DNA of 64,000 bases from assembly GCA_026996855.1 (NCBI GenBank), contig JALWJZ010000103.1, positions 20,047 through 84,046 of the forward strand, in the 5' to 3' direction. The notes beneath the pieces are model-generated. The model ran no database searches and was not told the DNA's origin. It saw nothing but the letters and a program-made list of their open reading frames with translations. Within the stretch, counting starts at the first letter, position 1. Each line of letters starts with the position of its first letter. Both the position numbers and the translations under genes were made by a program. Shown piece after piece: positions 11,137 to 21,985 of this stretch. This DNA is from Anaerolineales bacterium (GTDB lineage Bacteria; Chloroflexota; Anaerolineae; Anaerolineales; DRMV01).

Positions 11137-12150
11137 TCACTTCAGGGGGATGGTGATTTCGCCCTTCTTGATGCCTTCGATGGTCTTTTCGGCCGCGGCT
11201 TTCACGTCGTCGGGCAGGTCGAATTGGGGGTTGTAGACCATGACGATGCCGCCGTTGGCCAGGTCGATGGCGAAGGACCGGCCGCCCAAAGTGCCCTGCT
11301 GGATGAGGTCGATCATCTGGTTGAGCACCACTTCCCAGTGGTACACCTGGTTGGCCACCACGATTTCCGGCGCCAGGGAGGTCTGGTCCGCCTGGGTGCC
11401 GAACCAGAGCACGCCGTGCTCCTTGGCCACGCCGATGGCGCCCACCACCATTTGCGCGGTGCCGGTCATCACGTCCGCGCCGGCCGCGATGTGGGTCTTG
11501 GCCGCCTCCGCGGCCAGGGAGACGTCGGAGAAGGAGCCAATCCAGTTGACGTTGACCGTGGCGTCGGGTTTGGTGGCCTTCACCCCGGCCACGAAGCCGT
11601 CCACGTACCGCTTGGCGTCGCCGGTCTCGATGGGTCCCACCACGCCGATGACGCCGCTCTTGGTCAGCATGGCGGCCATCACGCCGTTCACGTACCCGCC
11701 CTGTTCCGAGGCGGCTTCATACGCGAAGACGTTGGGCAGGCCGAAGGTCTCCACGGTGGTGCCCCAGGCAAAACTGGTGTTGGGGAAGTCGGGCGCGATT
11801 TCCTGCAACGAGGAGCCGTACTGGGAGCCGTGGGCGATGACCAGGTCGTAGCCCTGGGTGGCGTAGTCCCGGATGGCCGCGGCCGCGTCGTCCACCACGT
11901 ACATGCCGTCGGAATAGACGAACTGGAAGTTCTCCTCGCCTCGCTCCTTCTGGATGGCCACCAGCGCGTCGTACATGCTCTGGCTGAAGGCCAGGTCGTT
12001 GATGGCGCTGGGCATGACCACCGCTACACGGAAGGGCTTCTTGGCCTCTTCGGCCGCGGGCGTGGCCGGTTGTTGGCCTTTGCACGCGGCCAACAGGCCC
12101 AGGGCCAGCCCAAAGACCAACAGCAGGCGGAAAAGGGGATTTCTGAACAT
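11137..12150 (-). CDS. BMP family ABC substrate-binding lipoprotein (purine nucleoside-like)
   Basis: Lipobox LAAC; DLAFSQS and GYDLVIAHG motifs; GGAGG RBS. Confidence 0.9.
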   Translation of the reverse strand: MFRNPLFRLLLVFGLALGLLAACKGQQPATPAAEEAKKPFRVAVVMPSAINDLAFSQSMYDALVAIQKERGEENFQFVYSDGMYVVDDAAAAIRDYATQGYDLVIAHGSQYGSSLQEIAPDFPNTSFAWGTTVETFGLPNVFAYEAASEQGGYVNGVMAAMLTKSGVIGVVGPIETGDAKRYVDGFVAGVKATKPDATVNVNWIGSFSDVSLAAEAAKTHIAAGADVMTGTAQMVVGAIGVAKEHGVLWFGTQADQTSLAPEIVVANQVYHWEVVLNQMIDLIQQGTLGGRSFAIDLANGGIVMVYNPQFDLPDDVKAAAEKTIEGIKKGEITIPLK

Positions 12151-12216
12151 GTCGTTCCTCCTTCGAGAAGAAAGGATGGGCAAAACCGCGACTTCTTCCG
12201 GTGGAGACCGCTCGCG

Positions 12217-13158
12217 TCAGGCCTCCCGCTCGAAGGGTTTGGTCAGGGCCGAGGGCGGCCGCGCCCGCGAGACGGTGAGCACCAGCACCACGATGGTGAG
12301 GATGTAAGGCATCATCACCGCCAGTTCCGAGGGGATGGGCACCCCCAGCACCTGGACCCACAGTTGCATGGCGTTCACCAGGCTGAAAATCAGCGCGCCG
12401 GCCAGCACGCCCAAAGGCCGCCACGCGCCGAAGTACACCAGGGCCACCGCGATGAAGCCCAGGCCGCTGGTCATGTTTTGTTGAAACACGCCCAGCAGGC
12501 CCACGGACAGGGCCGCGCCGGCAATGCCCGAGAGCACGCCCCCCAGGATGATGGTGAAGTACCGCACCCGGGCCACGGAAATGCCCAGGGAATCCGCGGC
12601 TTCGGGGTTTTCCCCCACGGAGCGGATGTTCAGGCCCAGGGTGGTCTTGTTGAGCACGAACCAGGCCAGAGGCACCAGCAGGTACGCAGCGTAGACCAGC
12701 ACGTTGTGGCGGAAGAACACCGGCCCCAGGAGGGGGATGTCGCTGAGCAGGGGAATGGGCAGGTCGGGGAAAGGCTCCACGGTGCGCACCGTGCCCAGGA
12801 GTTTCTGGAAGAGCAAATCGCTCATCCCCAGACCGAAGAGGTAGAAACCGATGCCGCTGATGCCCTGCTCCGCGTGCAGGTTCACGGTGACCACGGCCAT
12901 GGCCAGGCCCATGAGCGCGCCCACCACCACCGCGGCCAGCAGCCCCAGGAGCAGGTTCCCCGTGCGCCAGGTGACGTAGAAGGCCGCAAACGCTCCCATG
13001 AGCATCTGACCTTCCACGCCCAGGTTGAGCACGCCGCTCCGCTGGCCAAAGGTCTCGCCGATGGCCGCGTAGAGGTACGGCGTGGCCAGGCGAATGCCCG
13101 AGGTCAACATGCCCAGGAGCACGCTCAGGGAAAGGACTTTCTCCAGTAGACCTTCCAT
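12217..13158 (-). CDS. Nucleoside ABC transporter permease
   Basis: RSGVLNLGVEG, VGENPEAADSLG, GFIAVA motifs. Confidence 0.92.
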   Translation of the reverse strand: MEGLLEKVLSLSVLLGMLTSGIRLATPYLYAAIGETFGQRSGVLNLGVEGQMLMGAFAAFYVTWRTGNLLLGLLAAVVVGALMGLAMAVVTVNLHAEQGISGIGFYLFGLGMSDLLFQKLLGTVRTVEPFPDLPIPLLSDIPLLGPVFFRHNVLVYAAYLLVPLAWFVLNKTTLGLNIRSVGENPEAADSLGISVARVRYFTIILGGVLSGIAGAALSVGLLGVFQQNMTSGLGFIAVALVYFGAWRPLGVLAGALIFSLVNAMQLWVQVLGVPIPSELAVMMPYILTIVVLVLTVSRARPPSALTKPFEREA

Positions 13159-14300
13159 CAGTCCTGCCCCCCGGAAGCGGAAGAAGCGGCCGCGGTCTCC
13201 TGCACCGGGCGCGGCGCTTCGGCTTCCCGCTGCAGGGCCATGCGCCGGCGCTGCCGACGGCGACGCCAGTACTCGCTGCTCACCACGAAGACCACCACCA
13301 GCCCGTTCAGCGCGATGACCAGCGCGGAAGGCACCTGCACCGCGCGCTGCATCTTGTTGGCCCCCACCAGCAGCGCGCCAAAGAGCACCGACGCGGGCAC
13401 GGTGCCCAGGGGGTGCAGCCCGCCGAAGAGCGCGGCCACGATGCCGTTGAAACCCGCGTTACCCGTGAAGCCCGAGGCGGAGCCGTCGGTAATCATGCGG
13501 TAGTTCACCCCGTACACCTGAACCACCCCGGCCAGCCCGGCAAAGGCGCCGCTGAGGAGCAGGGCCAGTACGGTGTACCGCTTCACGGGAATGCCGGCGT
13601 ACCGGGACGCGTCGGGGTTCTTGCCCACGGCCCGGATGCGGTAACCCCAAACGGTGTGCCACAGGAAAACGTGCACCACCACGGCCAGTACCACGGCCAG
13701 CAACGTCCCCAAATGCAACCGGGTGGGCACCCACCGGGGCAGACGGAAGGCCATTTCCAGGGCCGCGGTCTGGGGGATTTCCGAAGCCATGGCCTTCTGG
13801 ACCGGGTCGATCATGGGGCCCCGCAGCAGGTAGTTCATGATTTGCACCGCGATGGCGTTCATCATCACGGTGCTCAGGATTTCGTTGACGTTGAAGTAGG
13901 CCTTGAGCACGCCGGGAATGCCGCCCCACAACGCGCCACCCACGAAACCCGTCAGCATGGCCAGGGGAATCACCACCCAGCCGGGCCAGTCGGTGAAGGT
14001 AAGGCCCACCAGGGTGCCCAAAATCGCGCCCACGATCATCTGGCCCTCGCCGCCGATGTTGATGACGTTAGCCTGGAAGGCAATGCAAATGCCCAGTCCC
14101 ACCAGCAGCAAGGGCGTGGCCTTGACCAGGGTTTCGGCCACCGCGTTGGGCGTGCCAAACGCACCTTCCACCAATGCGGCGTAGGCCGTCAGAGGGTTGA
14201 CCCGCATTACCATCAGGAAGACCGCGCCCACCAACAAGGCCAGGCTCGCGGCCAGGAGGGGAAGCAAGGCATCAAACAACACATCCGTCAGGCGCTTCAC
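13158..14300 (-). CDS. Nucleoside ABC transporter permease
   Basis: NIGGEGQ, NEILST, GKNPDASRYAG motifs; GTG start with GGAGG RBS. Confidence 0.92.
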   Translation of the reverse strand: MKRLTDVLFDALLPLLAASLALLVGAVFLMVMRVNPLTAYAALVEGAFGTPNAVAETLVKATPLLLVGLGICIAFQANVINIGGEGQMIVGAILGTLVGLTFTDWPGWVVIPLAMLTGFVGGALWGGIPGVLKAYFNVNEILSTVMMNAIAVQIMNYLLRGPMIDPVQKAMASEIPQTAALEMAFRLPRWVPTRLHLGTLLAVVLAVVVHVFLWHTVWGYRIRAVGKNPDASRYAGIPVKRYTVLALLLSGAFAGLAGVVQVYGVNYRMITDGSASGFTGNAGFNGIVAALFGGLHPLGTVPASVLFGALLVGANKMQRAVQVPSALVIALNGLVVVFVVSSEYWRRRRQRRRMALQREAEAPRPVQETAAASSASGGQD

Positions 14301-14389
14301 GGGAGGCCTCCTGACCGAAAACCAAAGTGTGCAAAGGGGCGGAACTTTTTGTGCTCATGGGGGAAAAATCGCTGAAGGACGTGCACGCT

Positions 14390-14401
14390 TTTGTGCACAA
14401 A
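14390..14401. promoter_or_regulatory. Candidate operator upstream of the purine ABC/XDH operon
   Basis: Perfect palindrome TTTGTGCACAAA with related TTTGTG/AAGTGTG half-sites nearby. Confidence 0.35.
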
Positions 14402-14593
14402 CATCGCGTTATTGAAAAGTGTGAAGACCGCGGAAAAACTCCGTGCGCACGGGTCCGGGTTGGGGCCCCGGGTACACCGGGCGGGACGTGCTTTGGAGGG
14501 GTGCACGCCAGGCAGCATGACGTCGAACCCGGCGGGAGTTGCATTCGTTTGTATCACAATCTTCCATGGATGGCAAGAAAAGACGCCCTAAAT

Positions 14594-14735
14594 CACGCGT
14601 TTTTCAAAATCCACCAAAGCGGCAAGAGCCATCGCATTTCCTCGCGGAGACACAAAGAAAATGCCGGCCTTCTCCAGCGGATACTCCGTGTTCTCCGTGG
14701 CTCTGTGTGAGTATTTGTTGTTAGAACATGCAAAA
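14594..14735 (-). repeat. ~145-bp dispersed non-coding element, copy A
   Basis: Reverse-complement homolog of 22902-23050 and 62949-63096; flanked by GCCCTAAAT direct repeat. Confidence 0.85.
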
Positions 14736-14811
14736 TACCCGGCCCTAAATTCGCTGGTGGTATACTGATGGTACAAGCCGGGTTCGTCCTGCACCGCCAT
14801 GGGAGGGACCC

Positions 14812-17800
14812 ATGCCCCAACGGTTCTCGGTGGTTTCATGGGGATGGGGGTTGGTTTTGGTGCTTTTGGCCGTCTTCGGGAAAGGGTGCACCACGGCTAC
14901 GACATACCTCACCCCCGCCCAACCCACCTCCCCTCGAATGGCCGTCCCTTCGGTGGACCCAACGCCTGCGACGCCGTCCAACTTCTCCCTACCTTCACCT
15001 CCGCCCTCGACCGCATCCCCCCGCCTGCTGCTGTGGAACCCTCTGCCCGGAAGTCTGCTGCCCATGCCCCAGGCCCGGCTTCGCCTCGTCTTCGACCGGG
15101 CCATGGATCCTGCATCGGTGGACCGGGCCGTGCAGGTCGTCGATGAACACGGGAACCCCTTGCCGGTTCGCATCGAATGGCCCGCCCCCAACGAAGCCGT
15201 ACTTCGGATTTCGGGGCTGGAACCCGAGGCCACCCTCCGGGTGCAGGTGGGCGAGCAGGCCCGGGATGCCTGGGGAGCCACCCTGGAACGGGCCTACCGG
15301 GTCGAATACCACACCCTACCTCCGTTGAAGGTGACCCATCACCAACCCACCCGCCCACGGGATGTGGACCCACGCACCGACATCGTGCTGGTTTTCAATC
15401 AGCCCGTAGTCGGCCTGGAGGAAACCCTGCACGAAACCCCGCCGCCCTTCACCCTGGAACCGACGGTAGAAGGCCGGGGCCGCTGGACCAACCCTTCTAC
15501 CTACGTCTTCCGCCCCGAGCCGCATCTGGCACCCAGCACCCGCTACACCCTTCGCCTCCGAGAGGACTTGCGCGCGGCTTCGGGCGCGCCTCTGGCCCAA
15601 CAGGACCGCACCTTTTCCTTCCAAACCCAGCCGGTACAGGTGGAATCCCTGGATGTCTCTCCCACCTTCCCCAAGGTCTGGAAATGGGACGGCCCGGAAT
15701 GGGTCCATATCCGGCCCTCCATCCGCCTGGAACTCAGCCTCCCCCTGCCTTTGGAATCGGTAACACCCCATTTGTGCCTGGCCCCGCAGGACGCAACGAA
15801 CACCTGTCTTCCCCTGGTGGGGGAGATGACCGAAGACGACGGCGGTTCTTACACCTTTGCCCCCGAGGAGCCACTGGCCTTCGACCAGGATTACGTGTTG
15901 AGATTCCAGATTCCCCAAACCTCCTACAAAAAGGTGTTGAAATTCCACACCATCCGCCCGGTTCTCCACCTGGTAGCCGTTCAGGGGGAAGAAATCCACC
16001 CGGTGGAGGGGAGCACGGTAGAAACGCCGGTGCATCCCTATTGGGAAGGGTTCAGCCTCCATTTCGACGGCCCGCTGGCCCCCGACCAGGAATGGGAACG
16101 CTTCCTGGAAGCGCCAGAAGGTGTGCTCCTGAACATCAACGCCCACCCCGACGAGGGGATACTGCAAATTCAGTTGCTCAAATATGAACCGGATACGGTG
16201 TACACCTTTGCCTTGAAACCGGAATTGCGCACCCCTTGGGGCACGGAAACCGAAAGCACCTGGACGTGGAAGGTGAAGACCCCAAAGCCACCCCGGTCCC
16301 TTTCCTTAGGCCTGTTCGCCAACGATGACCATCGTTTCCTCATGGCCCAGGCGGAGACCGGGAAAGGGTTGCCCGTGTACGCCACCCAGGTGGAAGACGT
16401 GGTGCTGGAATTGTTCACACCCCGAGCACCGGACGTACAGGCGTGGTTTGCCTGGAACCCGTACTCGGAGACTCCCTGGAAGATGGGCGCGCCTTTCAGC
16501 ACCCGAAAGGCAACCCTCCACGCGGGCTTGAAACCCCAGGCCTTCGTCCTGCCTTTGGCCGACCAGGGCCCGTTGCCCACGGGGTTTTACCTGGTGCACG
16601 TGCGCGAAGCCGCACCACCCCCGGGAGCCGAGCCCCTGGAGACCTCCTGGTACATGATGGCCGTGGTGAACGTGCATTTGACGGTGAAGCGAACGGCCCG
16701 GGGGCTGTGGGTGTGGGCCGTGGACATGGAGACCGGGGAACCCGTACCGGACGCCCCGGTACAGGCCTACGACCATGAAGGCCGCCTGCTCTGGGAAGGC
16801 CGCACCGACGAGCAGGGCATGGCCCGGTGGCCGTGGGAGGAAGGCGAGAAGTTCGGTGTAGAGCTAGTAAGCCTGGGCCGGCCGGGAGGCCGCGCGCCTT
16901 TTGGCTTGGGCAGTCCCTGGTGGCACGACACCATCGCCCCCTGGGACTTCGACCTGGAAGAAGCCCGAAAGGAAAGCCCCTTCTGGGTGGCCGACCTGTA
17001 CACCGACCGTCCCCTTTACAAGCCCGGCGACACCGTACATTTCCGCCTTACCCTGCGCCGCAACATGGACGGACGTTACCGACTGCTCGTCGAGCCGCTT
17101 CAAGCAACGTGTCGGTTGGTGCATTGGACGTCCGATTTCGAGGAAGAGACCGTGGCGCAGACCACTGTCCACGTCAGCCAAGAAGGCGTGGGCCACGGTG
17201 CCCTCCACCTTCCCCAAGATGCCGCGCCCGGCTCCTACACCCTGGAATGCGCCTGGGGCGATACTTACGCAGAAACCGCCTCCCTGCCCCTGGAGGTAGC
17301 CCACTATCGCAAGCCCACGGTGCAGGTGCAGGTACAGGCCGCCCGAATGGGCGAAGAGGTGCAGGGGGAAATCCGCACCCGCTTTTACAGCGGCGGTGCG
17401 GCCGGAGGGTTGACGGTGGATTGGGAGGTCTACTACCGTCCCAAGCCGTTCCACCTGCCTGGGTATCACGTGGGCGACGACTGGTGGTGGGAATCGAACG
17501 CGCCCTCGGCACCCTTCGACTTCTGGCCGGGGCCTTGGTCGGGGGAGGTCTGGCGTTCCTGGTCTCAAGGGCGGGTGAAAACCGATTCTCAGGGGCGCGG
17601 AACCCTGACCTTTGCCCTGCCCGCTTCCCCGTACGACCCGCTGGAGATTCGCATCCTGGCCCGCACCCGGGGACCGGACGGCGTGCCCACGTCCGAGCAG
17701 GACGTGCTGGTCTACGCTCCTCAACCCTTCTACCTGGGGTGGCGCGCCGAACCCGCCTGGCCTCGAGAAGGAGAAGAAACCCAATTGCTGCTCCGGGCGG

Positions 17801-20800
17801 TGCGGCCCGATGGCAACTCCGCGCCCCATGAAACCGTCCGCTATGCCCTTTACCGGGTGGAACTGGAATGGCTTCCCTCCTCCACGGAAGAGGAGAAGTA
17901 CCAGACCACCTACATTCTTGTGGACCAGGGCACGGTCACCCTGGACGAACGGGGCCAGGCTCGGGTGCTCTGGACCCCACCCACGGGTGGGCTGTACGCC
18001 CTTTTGCTGGAAAGCGGCCAGGTACGGACGCGCGGCGCCCTGTGGGTGGTGGATTCGGGGGACTGGTGGTATCCAGGACGGCATCACCGGCTGGAAATCA
18101 CCCTGGACCAAAACACCTACCGCATCGGCGAAATCGTGGAAGTGTTCGTTCCCAACCCCTGGCCTCACCCGGCCTACGCCTGGGTAACCTTGGAGCGCCA
18201 CACCGTGCACGAAAGCCGCCTGGTGCTGGTGCCGCCGGGAGGCGACCGGGTGACCTTCACCGTCACCGAGGACCACATCCCCAACATGTTCGTGGCTGTG
18301 GTGCTCGTGGGCGGGAAAACCCAGGGCCACGTGCAGGCCCGCTACGGCCTGGCCGAGTACCGGGTGCCACCGGAAACCAGGCTCCTGCAAGTGGAAGTGC
18401 AGGCCGAACCCGAAACCGCCCGGCCCGGCGAGGAGGTCACCCTCCACCTGCGGGTGACGGATGCGGAAGGCCAGCCGGTGCAGGGGGTCTTTTCCATCGC
18501 GGTGGTGGACCAGGCCCTGTTGGACATCGCCCAGGAGCGGGTGCCTCCGGTGCTGGAGGTCTTCTACAAACCCCTTGGGCTGGGCGTCCGCACCGGGCTG
18601 GCCTCGGTGTACGATTTCACCCTCAACCAACAACCACCCCCGTGGGATCGGGACCTGGTACGTACTGGCCTGGGCGGTGGTGGCGGAGACGTGGTCCTGG
18701 AGCATCTCCCTGCCGCGCCGTCGCGTCGGGATTTCCGCGACACGGCTTTCTGGCTGCCCGAGGTGCGCACCGACGCGCAAGGCCGGGCCACGGTGACCTT
18801 CCCCCTGCCCGACAATCTCACCTTGTGGAACGTCTGGGTACGGGGGTTGGATTTGGAAACCCGGGTAGGCGAAGCGCGCGGCCAGGTGCGCAGCACCCTG
18901 CCCGTGTTGCTGGAACCCGTCACGCCCGCCTTCTTCATGGCCGGCGACCGGGTCCAACTGGCTGCGGTGGTGCATAACAACACCGACGCCCCCCTGCCCG
19001 CGCGGGTGACCCTCCAGGCCCAGGGCTTGCAACTGGAAGGCCTCGCGACCCAGGAGGTAACCCTGCCGGCCCACGACCAGGTACGGGTGACCTGGTGGGC
19101 CGGCGTGCCTCCCGAAGCCGAACGGGTAAACCTGAATTTCGCGGTGCAGGCCGGGCCGTACGCGGACCGGGTGCAACCCAAAGGCGCACCCTTCCCCGTG
19201 TACCGCTATTGGGCCGAAGAGACCCTGGGCGACCAGGGGGTGCTGGATCCGCAAAGCGCGGCCGGGGTGGAAATTCCCCTGATGGTTCCCCAAGAGGCCC
19301 ATCAGGCCCGGCTGCAGGTGGGCTTGGCCCTGTCGCCCCTGGCCTCCCTGGAAACGCCCGTGAAAGCCCTGCAGGCCTTCCCCTACTTTTGCAGTGAACA
19401 GTTGGCCTCTCGCCTCTGGGTGCAGGCATCCTGGCTCATGGCCTTGCAACACCTGGGCCGGGACGAAACCAAAGAAGCCCAGGCTTTGCAGAGGCGCATC
19501 CAGGAAACCTGGGCCATTCTGCGGGAACGGCAACTCTCCGGAGGTTGGGCCTGGTGGTCCACGGCAAAGGAACCCGATCCCATGGTGACCGCGTACGTAC
19601 TCTGGGCAGGGTGGCAGGCCCATCGGGCCGGGGTGATTCCCGAAGACGACCCTGCGCTTACCGCGGCTCGTAGCATCCTGGCTCAAATGGAGCCGGAACC
19701 CCTGGAGCGCCGTTTTTCGCCCAACTTCCTCTCGTTCCTGTTCTTCGTCATGGCCGAAACCCAGGTGCCCCTGCCCGAGGCCTGGGAGCGGTGGCTTCCC
19801 CCTGAGGCCTTGGAACCTGCAGGCTTGGCCTTCCGGGCTGCCTTGTTGCAACGGGAGGGCCTGACCGACCGGGCCGGGGAAGCCTGGAACGCCCTGGAAG
19901 ACGCGGCCCGGCACGAGGCCGACGCCGGGGTGGCCTGGCCCGCCGGCCGTATCGGAGGCTTTTGGGGTGCGGACGTGGCTGCCACTGCCACGGTGACGTA
20001 TGTCCTGGCCCGTTACCGGCCGGAAACGCCTCTGCTGCCTCGCGCAGTGCAGTACCTGCTGAGCGAACGCCTGCCCGACGGCACCTGGGGTTCCACCTTT
20101 GCCACGGCCTGGAGCCTGGCCGCGCTCACGACGTATGCCCAAAGCCGGGAAGCGGTGGCGGGCCAACGTCCCTTCCGCCTGCTGTGGGATGGCGACCTGT
20201 GGCAGGAAGAGGCGCTCCGCGCCCCCAAAGACCTGACTCGGACCTTCGACCGGGAACTGACCCCGGGCCTGCATCGCCTGGGTATTTACAACCTGGGGAT
20301 CGGGCCTCTGCTGTACCAGGCCCAGATCCGCTGGTCCCTACCCGCCTCCCAGGCCACTCCCCTTCAACGGGGCCTGCTCCTGGAGCGTATCTACGAGCCG
20401 GTGACTTGTGAAGAACCGCCCTGTGCGCCGCTGCCGGATTTGCACGCCGCGGCTGGACAGGTGGTGCGGGTGCGCTTGCGTTTGCACGTGTACCAGCCCC
20501 TGGCGTACGTAGTGGTGGAAGACCGTCTCCCCGCGGGCGGGGTGGCCCTCAACCCCGCGTTGAAACACGAACGGGCACTCATCGAAGCCGCGGAAGGGAC
20601 ACAGCCGCGCGCCTGGTCCTGGCAGGAGGGGTGGGGCTGGTGGGTCTTTGCCGCGCCAGAAGTGTACCCCCATCGGGTGGTATGGGCCGCAACCCGCGTG
20701 CCCCAGGGGACATACGAACTGACCTATTTGCTGGATTTGCGCCACCCTGGCACCTACCAGACCGCACCCGCGCGAGCCTGGGCCTTCTACCGACCGACCC

Positions 20801-20856
20801 TCCAGGCCACCACGTCGGGCGCGTTGTGGACGGTGGAGCTGGCCGAAGAACGGTAG
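14812..20856 (+). CDS. Bacterial alpha-2-macroglobulin family protein with N-terminal Ig-like domains
   Basis: YTDRPLYKPGD, RRDFRDTAFW, LPDNLT, thioester PYFCSEQ (CxEQ), VVVEDRLPAG; N-terminal signal/lipobox-like segment. Confidence 0.92.
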   Translation: MPQRFSVVSWGWGLVLVLLAVFGKGCTTATTYLTPAQPTSPRMAVPSVDPTPATPSNFSLPSPPPSTASPRLLLWNPLPGSLLPMPQARLRLVFDRAMDPASVDRAVQVVDEHGNPLPVRIEWPAPNEAVLRISGLEPEATLRVQVGEQARDAWGATLERAYRVEYHTLPPLKVTHHQPTRPRDVDPRTDIVLVFNQPVVGLEETLHETPPPFTLEPTVEGRGRWTNPSTYVFRPEPHLAPSTRYTLRLREDLRAASGAPLAQQDRTFSFQTQPVQVESLDVSPTFPKVWKWDGPEWVHIRPSIRLELSLPLPLESVTPHLCLAPQDATNTCLPLVGEMTEDDGGSYTFAPEEPLAFDQDYVLRFQIPQTSYKKVLKFHTIRPVLHLVAVQGEEIHPVEGSTVETPVHPYWEGFSLHFDGPLAPDQEWERFLEAPEGVLLNINAHPDEGILQIQLLKYEPDTVYTFALKPELRTPWGTETESTWTWKVKTPKPPRSLSLGLFANDDHRFLMAQAETGKGLPVYATQVEDVVLELFTPRAPDVQAWFAWNPYSETPWKMGAPFSTRKATLHAGLKPQAFVLPLADQGPLPTGFYLVHVREAAPPPGAEPLETSWYMMAVVNVHLTVKRTARGLWVWAVDMETGEPVPDAPVQAYDHEGRLLWEGRTDEQGMARWPWEEGEKFGVELVSLGRPGGRAPFGLGSPWWHDTIAPWDFDLEEARKESPFWVADLYTDRPLYKPGDTVHFRLTLRRNMDGRYRLLVEPLQATCRLVHWTSDFEEETVAQTTVHVSQEGVGHGALHLPQDAAPGSYTLECAWGDTYAETASLPLEVAHYRKPTVQVQVQAARMGEEVQGEIRTRFYSGGAAGGLTVDWEVYYRPKPFHLPGYHVGDDWWWESNAPSAPFDFWPGPWSGEVWRSWSQGRVKTDSQGRGTLTFALPASPYDPLEIRILARTRGPDGVPTSEQDVLVYAPQPFYLGWRAEPAWPREGEETQLLLRAVRPDGNSAPHETVRYALYRVELEWLPSSTEEEKYQTTYILVDQGTVTLDERGQARVLWTPPTGGLYALLLESGQVRTRGALWVVDSGDWWYPGRHHRLEITLDQNTYRIGEIVEVFVPNPWPHPAYAWVTLERHTVHESRLVLVPPGGDRVTFTVTEDHIPNMFVAVVLVGGKTQGHVQARYGLAEYRVPPETRLLQVEVQAEPETARPGEEVTLHLRVTDAEGQPVQGVFSIAVVDQALLDIAQERVPPVLEVFYKPLGLGVRTGLASVYDFTLNQQPPPWDRDLVRTGLGGGGGDVVLEHLPAAPSRRDFRDTAFWLPEVRTDAQGRATVTFPLPDNLTLWNVWVRGLDLETRVGEARGQVRSTLPVLLEPVTPAFFMAGDRVQLAAVVHNNTDAPLPARVTLQAQGLQLEGLATQEVTLPAHDQVRVTWWAGVPPEAERVNLNFAVQAGPYADRVQPKGAPFPVYRYWAEETLGDQGVLDPQSAAGVEIPLMVPQEAHQARLQVGLALSPLASLETPVKALQAFPYFCSEQLASRLWVQASWLMALQHLGRDETKEAQALQRRIQETWAILRERQLSGGWAWWSTAKEPDPMVTAYVLWAGWQAHRAGVIPEDDPALTAARSILAQMEPEPLERRFSPNFLSFLFFVMAETQVPLPEAWERWLPPEALEPAGLAFRAALLQREGLTDRAGEAWNALEDAARHEADAGVAWPAGRIGGFWGADVAATATVTYVLARYRPETPLLPRAVQYLLSERLPDGTWGSTFATAWSLAALTTYAQSREAVAGQRPFRLLWDGDLWQEEALRAPKDLTRTFDRELTPGLHRLGIYNLGIGPLLYQAQIRWSLPASQATPLQRGLLLERIYEPVTCEEPPCAPLPDLHAAAGQVVRVRLRLHVYQPLAYVVVEDRLPAGGVALNPALKHERALIEAAEGTQPRAWSWQEGWGWWVFAAPEVYPHRVVWAATRVPQGTYELTYLLDLRHPGTYQTAPARAWAFYRPTLQATTSGALWTVELAEER

Positions 20857-20887
20857 ATTCATGAGCAGCCAGTCTTCCCAAAAAACG

Positions 20888-20915
20888 AAACGGGCGGCAT
20901 GAACCGCCCGTTTTT
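20888..20915. terminator. Bidirectional intrinsic terminator
   Basis: AAACGGGCGG-catgaa-CCGCCCGTTTTT between convergent genes. Confidence 0.8.
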
Positions 20916-20958
20916 CAGGAAGCCGGAGAGGAGGCTGGCGGCTATGGGGAAGGTCGGC

Positions 20959-21981
20959 TCAATACGGCGTGGCCCAACTTTCCTCGTCCCGGTACACGGC
21001 TTCGTCGATGATGCGGGTGCCCCTCACCCGGGGCCGGGGAGGACGCACGGCTTCAATGCGGTAGAAGGAGGACTTGTACCAGTCGTGGTCGATGGGTACG
21101 CCCAGTCGGCGCACGATGGGCAGTTGCTCCTGGTAACTGAAGAAGTTGCCTTCCAGTTGCGGATACACGTTGAACTGCCGCCGGATGTCGGTAATGACGA
21201 AACCCATGTCCAGAAGCATTTCCTGGATGCGGTACCATTTTTGACGAGAGGCTTCCAGGGTGGTCAGGCCGAAGTAGCCGGCGCAGCCCACACCCTTGAG
21301 CGCGCTCACGCCCCGGGATAGGAACAGTTCGATGCCCGGCAGGGTTTCCACCGGGTCGGTGACGAACACGTCGAAGCGGCCTTGCAAATCCTCCGGCAGG
21401 GCGTGTTGCACATCCACCACCCGGGCCTGCACGGGAAGGTTCTCCCGCTCGGCCCAGTCGTTGATGAAGCGGATGAGGCGCTCGTCGATGTCGATGACCA
21501 CCACTTCCTTGGGCAGACCGGTGAGGGCCGCAGCCAGGCTGAGCAGGTCGTCGTCGCCCACCACGAAAAGCCGCGCGTCCAGCAGGTCGCCCCGCTCGTA
21601 CAAGAAGGCCACCCGCCGCATCACGCCCTCAGGGTCGATGAAGCCCTGGTCGTACTGGGCCGCGGCCGAAGGCCGGGAGCGGGTGATTTCCAGGTACTTT
21701 TCGAAAGCCTGCTGCAACCGCTCGCCCCAGCGGTAGCCGGTGCCCTGGCACTGGGGGCAGCGCACGTCTTCCAAAAAGGCCCCCAAGCCCCGGGCCACCG
21801 CTTCCCCCTGCTCCGTCAAGCGCACCCGGCCGTCTTCCAGCACCACCCATCCCCGCCGCTGCCACACCTGCAATTGGTGGAAGAATTCGGGCAGCGAGGC
21901 GTCCTGCATGTCCAGCAGGCGGTACACGGAAAGCGGCCCTGCGCTCAAAGCCTGAAGCCATTGCCTGTCGATGCGGTCCAT
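20959..21981 (-). CDS. bpsA: Branched-chain polyamine synthase (N4-bis(aminopropyl)spermidine synthase family)
   Basis: YDQG, VVGDDDLLS, DIDERL, FVTDPVET motifs, CxxCxG; directly downstream of speD. Confidence 0.85.
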   Translation of the reverse strand: MDRIDRQWLQALSAGPLSVYRLLDMQDASLPEFFHQLQVWQRRGWVVLEDGRVRLTEQGEAVARGLGAFLEDVRCPQCQGTGYRWGERLQQAFEKYLEITRSRPSAAAQYDQGFIDPEGVMRRVAFLYERGDLLDARLFVVGDDDLLSLAAALTGLPKEVVVIDIDERLIRFINDWAERENLPVQARVVDVQHALPEDLQGRFDVFVTDPVETLPGIELFLSRGVSALKGVGCAGYFGLTTLEASRQKWYRIQEMLLDMGFVITDIRRQFNVYPQLEGNFFSYQEQLPIVRRLGVPIDHDWYKSSFYRIEAVRPPRPRVRGTRIIDEAVYRDEESWATPY

Positions 21982-21985
21982 GGCG

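Noticed and set aside
14300-14580. Purine or other riboswitch before the nucleoside ABC operon
   Set aside because: No recognisable aptamer consensus by eye; a covariance-model search would be needed.
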